DNA of 64,000 nucleotides from Octopus bimaculoides (GCF_001194135.2 NC_068996.1:27273102-27337101), one strand, 5' to 3'; numbered from the stretch's first letter, positions 39,556-53,528 are shown. The notes: a model not told the origin generated them from the sequence alone. Translations and numbers: made by a program.

Positions 39556-40003
39556 AAGTGACAGACACATGGGGGCGTGGATGTGTGCAAGAATGCAGAT
39601 ATCTTAGTCATACTTGAACAAAACTGTAAATGACGTTTACATTCGGTTTACAAAAATCTATGGAATAAAAGTAAAAGATACTCTTAATTCTTCAAGCAGT
39701 CAAGTACTGGCGACAAAAAGCGTACTTGACCGTATGCCTTTGTATGACTGTGCACATGTACGTTTGTGTGAATGCTTACATACTGCGTTCACGCATGAAG
39801 GCCTTAAGCAAATAACGGTGATGCCTCGACATCCATCGCTAACAAACTGTCCCACAACTATTCACTTTCGAAATAACAATAACCCATAACTTGAAAAACA
39901 GGTAAGTATTGGTAACACAAAGGGCAAGAGATAGTAAAACAATACCTCTGTGTGTAATCGTCCAACTCGTGCTGGCACGGAAAACAGACGTAAAACGAAC
40001 ACA

Positions 40004-40038
<35 letters not shown>

Positions 40039-40072
40039 GCATGCATACACACACACAGAGATACATGCAGGC

Positions 40073-40106
<34 letters not shown>

Positions 40107-41177
40107 GTACATACACACACTCATACATAAATAGGTATTAGAACATACAAATACATACATAGTGTCTGAAACATTGAAGTACCCTCCACACACACACAGG
40201 TAACATACGTAAAAATATTCCAGTATCATCAAGTATCACAGAAATTGCTGAATGTGGAAGGCGGCTGTTTTTATTGATATGTGTATTAGACAACTTATTG
40301 TTATACATATATACACTAACGGTTACCTCTTAAAATAGAGGAGACTGGGTTTTTCCATTTAATAGTGATAGGCCTCCTGGTACATACCATGGCCGACACT
40401 CTTAGCGCTGTATGTTTTGTGTATGTGCGTGTGTATATATATATATATATGTGTATATATATATGAATGATACATACGCTTTATAAATATAGGCACATGT
40501 ACAAACATATAAACATATATGTATGCATATTCATTAGCACTGATTAACAAATAGCACTCATTAACTCTTTTAAGATTACGACAGACATAAGTAAAATGTA
40601 TAGAATATTGGTTTATTTCATTAAAAAAAAAAAATGAAAAAGAGATAAAATAAGTAAGAACTATAATAGTAATAGGTTTGCTTACCAGGGTTTAGACGCA
40701 AGGCAAACATAAAATGGGGGTCTAGTTTAGAAAGCGATGATAATATTAAAGCGAACCCTCACATAATGACCACATAACGGAGTTGGAATTCGAAAAGCAG
40801 GAGTGATGTGTTAGTATTATGTGGTGAGGAATAAGAAACAGTACTCTCTCTACTATTACTGATTTATGATCGACTTAGCTGTGCATAGCAATAAATATAC
40901 ACATCTGCATTATATANNNNNNNNNNTATGCGTATGTAAGCATGTAGATAGATAGATAGACAAAGATATATAGATAGATAGATAGATAGATATTTGTATG
41001 ATACTGCATAAATATAAACATAAAGAAATTTTTTAAAAAATGACCGCGAAACAAAAGGTTAATTGTTGTAAAGCCACGAGTGTATTGTGAGTGTTAAAAA
41101 GAGTGGCGGGGTATTGGTTGGTAATGGCTTGAAGTGGCTGTCTTCTCAATCCTTATTAAACAACATAACATTTTTAC

Positions 41178-41240
41178 CTCTTCGCTGCTGATAACTTCCC
41201 GAAATTCTCGCTTTATTCGCTGCTCAGCAATTGCCGCCAT
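41178..41240 (-). CDS. UBE2K: UBE2K coding exon 1 (MAAIAEQRIKREFREVISSEE)
   Basis: ATG at 41240-41238. 63 nt giving 21 codons that match the UBE2K N-terminus (human MANIAVQRIKREFKEVLKSEE). Phase-0 donor GAG|GTAAAA. Too short for the ORF track; found by manual reading. Confidence 0.96.
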
Positions 41241-41339
41241 TGGTGTAGATGGTGGAATGTTGTTGTCGTGAAAACGAAACTAACAACTTCACCTGATGTT
41301 CGACTCCTTTACTTTAAAACTTTCTCTCGCACTTGTCTG

Positions 41340-41410
41340 CTAGAAAACTAATCATAACTTCCGACGCCACCACTGCACATGCGCTTTTCAAACCCGTTTC
41401 GCTTCCGCTT
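41340..41410 (-). promoter_or_regulatory. UBE2K proximal promoter region
   Basis: 100-170 nt upstream of the ATG in a CpG-retaining zone (~39.3-43.7 kb). ETS-type ACTTCCG at 41357-41363, CTTCCG at 41402-41407, NRF1-like TGCACATGCGC at 41374-41384. The TSS cannot be determined from sequence. Confidence 0.6.
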
Positions 41411-42071
41411 TACTCCTCCCTTACCACTTTTACTTTTTTAATAACGTTTCAATTGCTTTTTGCACATACTTTATTTTTTTTTTTTTTAACCATTTTATTA
41501 TCATTAATATTATCTATATTATTAATATTATTATTATTATTTATGTATTTCAATTTCAGTTTTCGAACCTATTACTGCAATTACCACCCCTCCCCCTCAC
41601 TTCTCGTCTGTCGCCCGCCGAGGTCAACTTAGGTTTTGCATCCTTTCAGTTGGAGTAGATAAAATAAAGTACCAGTCAAGTACTGCGATATATATAATCG
41701 ATCAACCCTTTCTCCTCTCCAAATGCCCGACCATGTGCCTATATTTGAAACACCTATATGAACGTTAAAAACAACTATATGCAAAATGTTAGAAATATTA
41801 TTATTAGTTCTGTTAGTTACGTCCCCTTTGCGTTATAAGTTCAAATCCCGCCTAGGTTGAATTTCCTTTTCATCGTCCTTCCGTTATCGATAAGTACCAG
41901 ACAAATTACTTCACCGGTATCATAGAATACACTCCACTCTCAAAATTTGCGAATTTATGCCCGTGTTACAAATTATATTCTCTATATCATCGGATTTTGT
42001 TGTTCTATCAAAATGTTTCTCTTTTATGAAAAAAATATTTCGTTTTCTTTTACATTTTAAAATATAATTCG

Positions 42072-42121
<50 letters not shown>

Positions 42122-42163
42122 GTGTGTGTGTATGTATATATATATATATATATATATATAATA

Positions 42164-42196
<33 letters not shown>

Positions 42197-43759
42197 GCTG
42201 TATTTTCTTTTATTATTTTACTTGTTTCAGTCATTTGACTGTAACCATGCTGAACCACCGCCTTTAGTCGAGTAAATCGACCCCAGGACTTATTCTTTGT
42301 AAGCCTAGTACTTATTCTATTGGTTTCTTTTGCCGAACCGCTAAGTTACAGGGACGTAAACACATCAGCATCGGTGGTCAAGTGATGATGGTGGGGATAA
42401 ACCCGGACACACAAACACATATATATATATGTGCTCTCTCTCTCCCTATATATATATATATATATATATACATACATACACACACATGTATAGTATATGC
42501 TATATATATATAGTATAAGTAAGGATTGGTCTCCTTCCCACTTTGTTTTCTTATAGATTTCTGAAAAACTTTTAGTGAAATTTCACAAACACGTTTTTAA
42601 CGGAATTGAGTGAAGAATTTCAGTTCGTCATTCTTCTACTTCCTAACTTTGTTTGCCCAAATTTCCTTTAGCCTTTTCACTTTTATTTTCTTTTTTTTCA
42701 ATTGACTTGGAGCATCAACATTACCAGTTCAACACTCAAAATTTTAGTTAGAAATTTTAGTAAAAAAATAATCATCTTTTGGAAAATTATGAGGAAAACA
42801 AAGTCGGGAAGCACCAATGGCCTAGGCTAGTTTTCGGCCGAATGTGATTATATTTGAAACCATGTGCTGAACCAGGAACCGTTACATCAAGGATGGGGTT
42901 ATAATTTTGGCTATTTATGAAGAATCAAACAAAATCCGTTGTATTAACTTTTCGTTCCGTACCTAGTCAATCATGAACTGTCTAAAAGTTTCATATCACT
43001 TCTGCGACCTGATGACTGAAGCGATTCCTCTTGAGGCAGTGGGATTGTGTCATTCGTGACTAAGTGGTAAAAGCGCGACGAAACTTTCGGACACTTCATA
43101 ATAGACAGTACTAAAAATTATATGTTATGTATGCACATAAATATATTGTGTGTGTATGTATATATACATGGTATATATACAAATATGGCATTCTTTCTAA
43201 CGAAAGAATGACTATTGTATATATATATATATATATATGTATATAGGGAAAATATATATGTATATATATATATATATATATATAGGGAAAATATATATGT
43301 ATATATATATATATATATAAGCATGTGAGTGTATGTATTTACTCGTGTTTCATTTAAAATATAAAATATATTTCAACAACCATTTTATACATAATTGTAA
43401 TTATCAAATTATTTTAATAGTTCACTTGCAGAAATTTTTGTTTTCAGAAAATTCATTCGGCACAAAAAAACATCATCCCAAAAAAAAAAAAAAAAATCGA
43501 AGACGCTAAAATTGCAACGTTTCGATAATATCCGGGAATTGCCATTTGATGAATATATTGGTCATCTCTAGACTCCCGGAACTTCCGGAATATTGTAGGA
43601 AATAGAGATGATCTAATAGCTAAAGTCTTCTGTAGCATTAACTGTAAGTATACAATAAATAATTTCTTTAAGATATATATATATATATAGGGGCATATGT
43701 ATATGTGTGTATATACATGTGTATGAAGGCATAGTGTGTATAGATATTCATGGTAACAC

Positions 43760-43805
<46 letters not shown>

Positions 43806-44996
43806 GTGTATATAATATATCGTGTGGAAGAGCTCAGCCAATCTTAATTTTTTTTCATTAGTTTTGAAAGAAAGAAACTTTCTCCTGAATTAATTCACAT
43901 AATTTTAATTGTATCTCTTTCCTATCCCACTTGTTTTTCAAAGTTTCTCTAGTTTCTTTCTCGCTCTTTCTTTCCCTCTGTTTATGCACACACAGATATT
44001 GGTATGTGTTTGTGTGTGTACATAACCTACACAAGGCGTGTAAGCCTATTTATATATATTGTTATTCATTAAATTATTTGACTAACGACTGGCTCATGGT
44101 AGTAACAATTGTGGTGATGAGACAGACTCCTATGAGAATCTGATGAGTCAGCTGAAATATTCATGGAGTCTCATGTCATATGCATACGATACTAATGAAT
44201 ATCATAACATCGTACAGAGTTGTATAATCAATCCATTAGTTATTGTTGTTTAGCTCCAGGCAGTTCTGACTCTGTACACCTATAATAAATGACTGATAAA
44301 CCTACTTTTGTTTCATTTTTTTTCTCCCCCTTTTTCCATCTGTAGATTAAAATATGCAGGTTCTGGACTTAATGTAGACTAAATTATCCATTTTATTGTG
44401 CCATTTTGAAGAGGGTAAGTGATTTGTAGGAAATTTAGTTGTTATTTCTAGTGAGCTGAGCAACTTTATATGATCCAGTAGCTTATCTCACGAAGAGTTA
44501 CCCCAGAATGACCACAGCCTTTAGGCTGAAACAAAAGAATACACTGAGCATATTTTATTTTACAACTCCACTCAAAACATGTATCTTACTTTTTCAGTAA
44601 TGCTTGTGTGTACCTATGTCTATATAACTTCATCTGAAGAAAACTGATTATATATGTACAATGAAAGTACATTACTTTATTTTGTAGAAAAAAATTATGT
44701 TCATCATTTCTGCATTCATTACTCTCCACCCTAATCACATAACAACCACCAACACTATCATCATCATAGGCATCTATATCATGTCTTTTATTTACAGATA
44801 CATTTTGCATTTTAAAAGAATCCTTAAACTTTATTAAAACTTCAATATACACACGTTTGTGCACACATACACTCATACTCACACACACACATCAATATAT
44901 GTACATGTGTGTGTTAGAGAGAGAGGTGATGTGTAAAGAGTATACTAAGCAATAATCTGAGAAATCTGCAGTTCACATGTTACTTATCAGCAAAAT

Positions 44997-45277
44997 GTAC
45001 CACAGTATGGTATTGTTCACTGTGATGTGTCCATGGCTAAAAAACTCACTTAACGGACAACAATCCAGTCTACCTAGCTGTAAGTAGGTACCACAATGTG
45101 GTATAATTCACTGTGCTGTGTCCATGACCAATACACTTAACTGTCAACAGCCCAGGCTAACTAGCTGTAAGTACCACAGTGTGGTATAGTTCACTGTACT
45201 ATTATTTCCATAGCCAACACACTTAACTGTCAACAGTCCAGTCTAACCAAGTAGATACCACAGTGTAGTGTCCATGA
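44997..45277. repeat. ~83-91 bp tandem repeat, 3.3 copies, each starting with a TACCACA-G-TGTGGTA-type palindrome
   Basis: Unit starts at 44997, 45088, 45171 and ~45255; shared CACTTAAC(T/G)G(T/A)CAACA and CTAGCTGTAAGT blocks. Confidence 0.85.
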
Positions 45278-45299
45278 ACAAGATAACTTCCAGTTATAA

Positions 45300-45615
45300 G
45301 CTAAGACCAGGTGGACATCTTTATCGCTAGAAACGGTGGCAGCAATGGAAAATTAAGTAGTGGTGCATTAAATATTGGCATCCTTAAAGAAGTTTATTTC
45401 TCATATGCTTAATGTCACAGAAGCACAGATTAAAGTGGCAATCACTGTAGACCTCTGAGGAATGCAAAAGGACACAATAAATATGTCATTTCAAATTTAT
45501 TTAGCTGTTTTTGACAGTTTGTTGAACAAAATATTTTCATCTGATGTTGATGTTTTGTAAGCCATTTATCTCTCTTGTTTGATTATCTCATGGGCAACAA
45601 TGAAGCATGAGTACG
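45300..45615 (+). mobile_element. Possible hAT transposase remnant
   Basis: One frame with stops reads TRWTSLSLETVAAMEN*..ILASLKKF..GMQK..FQIYLAVFDSLL..SDVDVL*A, loosely resembling the hAT TRW insertion-domain region. Weak. Confidence 0.3.
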
Positions 45616-47586
45616 GGTAAGAGAAAAATCTATTTATATACAATTTTATTTTTTGTTTTTACAGAGAGTTATTGATAATTAGGAAGAGAAAATTATAGAG
45701 TTCACATAATATTTTGTAGTATTTATCAGTATATAAGAAGGCATTTAGAGAAGATTATCAATATTTAGGTGCAAAACACTAATACATTCATAGATTGCTA
45801 CATCTGCCTTCACAAATCCTCCACCAGCTTCCAAAGTGCCCTTGTTACCTAAGTCAACCTCATTCTCAGGTACTAGGACTTCAGTAAGTTACCTCCCTTC
45901 CTTTACATAATAGTACTTCCTTTTATACCCCCAGCAGAAGCAATTGAACAAACGCACCTGTATAGGAAACGGGTCTGCTTTAATTGCTGAATTGAGACAG
46001 ACTCTGCAAACCACAGTAAAAGCAACCCATTTAGTAGGTCATTAACTAAAAATAAAAATTGGTACAGGATAGGAAAAAGTCTTCAGTTCTAGTACAGACA
46101 AACACTGATACAAGTCATGCATCTAGTTTAGGCTGTAAAATAACTGGCAGAATTGTTGACATGTCACGAAACAGGGAAATTTCTTCTGGCTCTTTTATGT
46201 TCTGACTTCAAATCGTACCTAGGTCAGTTTTGCCCTTCATTTCTTCAGGGTCCATTAACTAAGGTACCTGTGAATGTAATTGATTTTGCTGACCTTGAAC
46301 CCTGCAATGGACTAGCATCCCATTCAGGGCAACATTGTGATTTTAGTCACTTATATGCCATGGAAAGCAGGTAACTGGCTCTATGAGTCTTAAAAAAAGA
46401 TCAGGCTCTAAAGTTGTTAGTGATAGGAAAGAAATGCAGTTGTAAAAACCTCAACTAAAACATGACATTCACAACAGTTAGGGCTATCTATGTTGTATGC
46501 ATCAGATAACAAAGGACGCCAACTGGTGGCATACTGTAGTGAAATAAATCTGTCCAGCCCATACTATCATGGAAAAATAGACGTAAAACGAAGATGATAT
46601 ATGCATGTGTTCTGGAATGTAAAGTGTAATTAAGAGATGTTTGGTGTGTCAAGATTTTATTTTAATGCCGAATTGGGAAGTGAGTGATATTACCATGCTC
46701 ACATGGTTCAGACTGTATTCATTGGGGAAGATTTTCAACATCTAGATTGGTTTATGGTATTGCCAATCTTCACTTCTTTCCAAATGAGGTAATATTTCCC
46801 CATAACTGGACTTGTTTTCTCAGAAACTTGAAAATGAAAGCCACCACTTGCATGATGATGACAACCATCACATGATGTCAAGGCAAGGAGACTAATGTGC
46901 ACACACACACACACATATATATATATATTATGTATATAACAAGCTTCTTTTAGTTTCTATGTTCCAAACCTACTTGAAGGTTTTTGAGAATTTCATGTTT
47001 GTTGAGATTTTATTTTAGGGGGGGGGGTCTGGAAAATTCTATTTTTCTGAATTTTGTTTGGATTTGGTACTGTTGTGTGAATGCATTTTTTTAAACTTTT
47101 TTTTTTTACAATTTAGTTATAAGAGAAAGGGAGAATGACCATTTGTCTTTCAGGGCCTCCCAGACTGGTGAAAGTGGGTGGATTTAAATGGAGGGGAAAG
47201 CCATGATCTGTGTTTGATATAATTGGAAGCAACATATAATACTGAGTTAGCCTTACACTGGGAGCCAGCTTTCAGATGCTTGTAACAGAGTGGACAATGC
47301 TAAAAGTCATCCAAGAGTTGAATAGTGATGTTAAAATCTATTTTTCAGATACAGAGATAGCCTATCTGTTTGACTTCAACATAGTTTCCATCTAGCCAAT
47401 TTCACTCACAAATTTCAGTTCCACCCAAAGATTTAGCAGAATATCTCCAAAGATGCTATGCAACTCAGAACCACATAATTATGAGGTGAACATCTGATTC
47501 AAAGAACCATACAATAGATATGAGATGTTTTTGGCACAGCCATTTTGGTGCCAGTTATGACTTATTCAACACCAAATGTTTTAATA

Positions 47587-47638
<52 letters not shown>

Positions 47639-48049
47639 ATCTCTCTTTATGTCTATGAGGAGAAGGAAAGTGCTTATGACAATTGTGTTCAATTAATAAA
47701 TTGTAATGTTTCTCTCTCTCAACATGTATATTTCTGTGTGAATGTTTGTGTGTGTTTGCCTTCAGCACTAATTACTTTTGCCAAAACAGGCTGACTATCT
47801 ACTTAGCTAGGCCAAAAAGCCAGTGTCCAAACAACTGTGTTCAGTCATCTCATTCCACTATACCTCCATCTGTTCACAGATATATTTTTCTACATTTGGT
47901 CTTATGCTACTGACTATGTTAGCCACTAAATACTAACATTGTAAGTGGCAGTATTAGAAAGGAAGTATTTTACTATCTACATATGTGGAGGTGAACATTT
48001 TTCTATCATACTGCATTGCCATATGCACATCATGGTTTATAGGATTATC

Positions 48050-48515
48050 CGCATCACTGTCATAATTTAGCAATTTATTCCATGCTGCCATGGGTTAAAT
48101 GGTTTGACTGGAACTGGTAAGCCGGAGAGCTGTACCAGGTTTCAGTCTATTTTAGCTTGATTTCTATAGCTGGATGTCCTTCCTAATACCAACCACTCCA
48201 CAGAGTGTACTGGGTGCCTTTCACATGTCACCTGTACTGGCCATGACTGATTTTATTTAGCTTGACATGTCTTCTCAAACACAGCAAATCACCATAAATC
48301 TCAGTCGCCTGTCATCACCTCTGTGAGACTCAGCAATCAAAGATCATATTTGACCGCCTCATCCCACATCTCCCTGGGTCTGCCTCTTCCATCCATAGTT
48401 AAAGATTGGCACTTTATGCAGCCGTCCTCATCCATACACCTCACATGACCATACCAGTCTTATACCCAGTTTTTCTCTTGAGACACTTTGACTCTGTTAT
48501 ACATGCACACTGACA
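48050..48515 (-). mobile_element. RTE LINE 3' end with tail
   Basis: Homologous to 35150-35460 and directly continuous with the RTE-tail repeat. Confidence 0.75.
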
Positions 48516-51500
48516 TTGCAAGGTTCAAATAGATTTTAAAGTTCAAAGTACACATAATATGTGTTTTCTGCAACTTGCAAATAACTTGCTTGCGCAAATG
48601 CTATCACTCGAAAGCTCCACATACCAGATGTGTCATCAGGAAAGAACATGCTCTGTTTCGGGGCCTTCCCCTTGATGGCTTTGCAGTAAACTGCTCCCAC
48701 CACTGATGTGAGACTCTGCTTACTGGATCAACTGACTAATATTTAATCTTGAGTCCTTTATCTCAGGATCATCAACACTATTCAAATTGTAAAGCCATGC
48801 AGGTCATGCAGCCATTATAGACAACAAACAAGTGTCTCCTTCACATGTGTACATCAATTCTTTGAGCAGGTTTCAATACTAATTTTGGAAGAGAAACTTT
48901 TACATTATGATAACTTGTGTTTTGTACGTTTCATGTAATATAATAATGTGCTCATTGTAAACAGTGTTCAGATACACTACAGCACATCAGAAAAGGTAAA
49001 AGAGAAAACAGAAAGTAACAATAAGTGAAGTAAAGGAAGACAAAAATGATAGTGAAAAGTGCACAGAATTGTCTGTTTTCTTAATTGTTAAGTTATAATT
49101 ATATGTGCTACTAAATAATTAAAATTTCATTCTTCATTTGATGTTCACCTACATGTTTCCATCGTTTAGATGAAAGACAAAATTTGTTGAGGCAAGTTTT
49201 AGAGAGCTAGATGCTCTTCATGTTGCCAACCCTGACCTGTTTTCCTTAATAAAGTATTTTTAATCCACTGGTCCTCACATGCCAAAAGTAAAACTATAGG
49301 GCTTTTGCTTACTGGAGAATGTAATCAAGGATGGCACTTAGCACCTTGAGAAACATGAGTTAGATTTCTTCCATGTATTGACTCACTGATGTTCAGGCTG
49401 AACACTAGCCATATTGATCAACTCTCTGGGGACCTGTGAAGGTCATATATTCTGCATCTCTTCCAAAATTATATCACAAACTTATACACATGGGGGTGGG
49501 GGGATCAACATCCGCATCATCATTTAATGTCCATGTTCCTTGCTGGCATGGATTGGGAAGTTTGGCAGGAACTGGGTCCAAGGACTGAATTGTACTTCTC
49601 TATCTACTTTGACATGGTTTCTACAGCTGAATGTCCTTTATCATTCCAACCCCTTTACAGCACTAGTGAGATTTGCATGCAGATTGCAGGACTGTACCCA
49701 AATGAATTTATGTTAGTAGATGAGGGATTAGAGTATGAGAGAAAGGGGAAGAGTAGAACAGGTTTCTTGCTGTAGAGGGGTCAAAAGAGCCAGGAGTGTG
49801 GGTGGAAAAAGGTTGTCTGTGTATATGTGTTATAGTAGGTAGCTATCACCACAGCAGTAACATCAGACTTTTGATCAGTGTTAGATCAAATCAATAAAAA
49901 AAGACTAATTTTTATATTTTTTCTTTTATATAAGCAACAACCATGAACAGCTGTGAAATAATGGGACAGTGATCTATTTTTTAAAGTTTCCCCACACACA
50001 CATTGCTACTTACTGACTTGTTTAAACCATTGAACATGTGTCATATCTTAAACAATTCTAATGCTAAGAAAAAAAAACAGATCAGGTGGTGCCTTAAACA
50101 TCTGTCGATAATACAATTTTATATAATTGTTATGTTTGTCATTGTTGATTTTTGGTTATACAGGATGATTAAAGATAGGGCAAGATTCACAGTCCAGGGA
50201 AACTTGTGATGGTTTTTAAGGCAATCAAACTATTCAGCATATATGAACAGTCTTGTGGATTAAATAAACACATGAGATATGATAGCTGTGATTGCTGGAA
50301 CTGATATCAATGACTGAATAAGCTTCAAATATGTCATAATCAGTTTCATCATTTAATGTCTGTTTCTCATGGTAGTAAGCTGGCAGAATTGTAAGCACAC
50401 CAGGCAAAATGCTTAGTGGCATTAGTTGACTTTACCTTTCATCCTTTAGGGATTCATAAAATAGGTACCAGTTGAGTACTGGGGTTGATGTAATTGACTA
50501 TCTCTTTCCCCCAAACTTGCTGACCTTCTGCCAAAATTTGAAACTAATGTCTGTTATCATGAGCTCAATGGGTTCAGCAGGAACTGGTGAGATAGATTAC
50601 TGCACCAAAGCAACAATGTTTTAGCATGGTTTCTGTGGCTGGATTCCCTTCTTAATGCCAAGCACTGTACTGAGTACTTTTTGTTGGGTACCAACACTTG
50701 TGAAATTACCAAGTAATTTACAAGACAAGATCCCACTCACTACTCATCTTAGGGTACACTTGTTAAAGATGATAGCTACAGGTGTCTTTCTGTAGAGCAG
50801 ATACAATGTTACCTCAGCTGGAGAAGCCAGAAGATCATGATGAAGATATATCAAGGTGCACTCTGCCTTCAGGTTAAAGGATGGTGATTATAAGAGAAGT
50901 GGCATGGGTAGTTAAGTTCATGGGAATGTAACGGAGAGTAGCAGATGGATAAGGATAGAGACAAGAGAAATGATGTAGGTGATGAATATGGGGTCATGAT
51001 TGATTGTGAATATTAGTTGAAGGGGATGATAGAAGTGGGTGTGGATCAGCAAAGATGATGTGAAATGCAAGTGACAAGGACAGCGGTACTTAAGGGTGGA
51101 AATAGTGGGATGAGGGGAAGGAATGCCATTGGCAAAATAATGGTGTGTTGAGTGGTAGGGAATGGTACTGAGAATGCATGAGGAAAAGGGTGAATGGTAG
51201 TGGGATGGAATATATAATTCTGCTCTCAAGGTTGCATCAGTCGAGTGAATAGTGCTATGGTCAGAAGGGCGATGGAAGGGAGCATGTTAGGAAGATGAGT
51301 TGTGGGTATTTAGAAGATAGGGGGATTCATCAGAGAGACTGAGTGCAGGGGCAGACATAAGCAACATGCATTTAGCAGTATCATTTTTACTTATATAAAT
51401 GGGTATGTATGGCTGTGAAGGTCACCAACAAAAGGAGTAAACAACCTTAGTGATGCAGTATGTTTCTATTTCACAAGAAACTCATTGAAATGTCTTATTG

Positions 51501-51842
51501 TAATTTTATGGTTGTAAGTATGAAAAACAAAACTTACACAGAAATCTCTCACCCCTTCAGATGCTTTGTTTCTTGTCAAACCATCCAGCCCATGTCAGCA
51601 TTGAAAAACAGGATATTGATGATGCTGATGATAATATACCATCATTATACATACAACAGTCAATGTTTACAATCTGTTGCAAAAACCTGTCTTGCTATTG
51701 AACTATTTATTGTTCAGGGGACTAAGGAAACTAATACATTATTTGGAACAAACCAGGCAAGGGTTGGCAACAAAGAAAAAACATTTGGCTGCAGAAATAC
51801 TGCCCCAATGACTTGTCTTACTCATGCCTATACATATATATA

Positions 51843-52195
51843 GGCGCAGGAGTGGTTGTGTAGTAAGTAACTTGCTTACTAACCACATGGTTCTGGGTTC
51901 AGTCCATACTATAGCCTTAGGCCGACCAAAGCCTTGTGAGTGGATTTGGTAGACGGAAACTGAAAGATGACCATCATATATATATATATGTGTGTCTGTA
52001 TTTGTCCCTCCCAACATCGCTTGACAACCGATGCTGGTGTGTTTACGTCCTCGAAACTTAGCGGTTCGCCAAAAGAGACCGATAGAATAAGTACTAGGCT
52101 TACAAAGAATAAGTCCTGGGGTCGATTTGCTCAACTAAAGGTGGTGCTCCAGCATGGCCGCAGTCAAATGACTGAAACAAGTAAAAGAGTAAAGA
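51843..52195 (+). mobile_element. tRNA-derived SINE with short internal deletion
   Basis: Homologous to 22718-23092; lacks the CACCTTGGGCAAGTGTCTT segment. Confidence 0.85.
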
Positions 52196-52242
52196 GTATA
52201 TATACACACAAACTTATGTTAATGCTGGTTTTTATGTTCAGT

Positions 52243-52620
52243 TATAATAATGACGCATGCGTACAAACAACCATGCTACATGGCAGTGAAACATGGGCTG
52301 TAACTGCTGAGGACATAGGTAAGCTCGCAAGGAATGAAGCCAGTATGCTCCGTTGGATGTGTAATGTCAATGTGAATACCCGTCAGAGTGTAAGTATCTT
52401 GAGAGAAAAGCTGAACATTAGAAGCATCAGTTGTGGCATGCAAGAGAGACGATTGCGCTGGTATGGACATGTGGTGAGAATGGAGGAGGATAGCTGCGTG
52501 AAAAAGTGCCACACCCTAACAGTTGAGGGAACCCGTGGAAGAGGTAGGCCCAGGAAGACCTGGGCTGAGGTGGTGAGGCAAGACCTTCGTACATTGAGCC
52601 TCACCGAGGCGATGACTACT
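52243..52620 (+). mobile_element. RTE LINE C-terminal ORF fragment (open frame, relatively young)
   Basis: ACVQTTMLHGSETWAV..RNEASMLRWMCNV..RRLRWYGHVVRM..RGRGRPRKTWAEVV. The 353-aa ORF in the track is this fragment fused to upstream SINE sequence and a gap. Confidence 0.9.
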
Positions 52621-53152
52621 NNNNNNNNNNNNNNNNNNNNNNNNNNNNNNNNNNNNNNNNNNNNNNNNNNNNNNNNNNNNNNNNNNNNNNNNNNNNNNNN
52701 NNNNNNNNNNNNNNNNNNNNNNNNNNNNNNNNNNNNNNNNNNNNNNNNNNNNNNNNNNNNNNNNNNNNNNNNNNNNNNNNNNNNNNNNNNNNNNNNNNNN
52801 NNNNNNNNNNNNNNNNNNNNNNNNNNNNNNNNNNNNNNNNNNNNNNNNNNNNNNNNNNNNNNNNNNNNNNNNNNNNNNNNNNNNNNNNNNNNNNNNNNNN
52901 NNNNNNNNNNNNNNNNNNNNNNNNNNNNNNNNNNNNNNNNNNNNNNNNNNNNNNNNNNNNNNNNNNNNNNNNNNNNNNNNNNNNNNNNNNNNNNNNNNNN
53001 NNNNNNNTATATATACATACCGGAGTAAGCACATAAAATGTGCAACAAGGTGGAAAAAAGAGTACTCAAATACCAGAGGTAGAGTAAAACTCCGAGTAAC
53101 AGTCTTTTGTTATATTTCTGCTGCTTTTAAATAAAGTATATATATATATATA

Positions 53153-53528
53153 GACACAGGCATGGCTGTATGGTAAGAAGCTTGCTTCCCAACTGCGTGG
53201 TTCCAAGTTCAGTCCCACTGCATGGCACCCTGCGCAAGTGTCTTGTACTATAGCCTCACACCAACCAAAGCCCTGTGAGTGGAGTTGGTAGATGAAAACT
53301 GAAAGAAGCCCATTGTATATATATGTGTATCTGTGTTTGTCCCCTACCATCACTGCTTGACAACTGATGTTGGTGTGTTTACGTCCCCATAACTTAGTTG
53401 TTTGGCAAAACAGACCGATAGAATAAGTACTAGGCTTACAAAGAATAAGTCTTGGCGTTGATTTTGTTGACTAAAACCCTTAAAGGCAGTGTTCCAGCAT
53501 GGCCACAGTCCTGAAACAAGTAAAAGAA
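53153..53528 (+). mobile_element. tRNA-derived SINE, older copy
   Basis: Collinear homology with 22718-23092. Confidence 0.8.

Noticed and set aside
48600-48640. Minus-strand CTGATGA followed by the CACAT/ATGTG hairpin as a hammerhead
   Set aside because: Followed by GAGC rather than GAAA, and no stem I or III.
51967-53028. 353-aa ORF as a host gene
   Set aside because: Chimera of SINE sequence, an RTE C-terminal fragment and a run of Ns.
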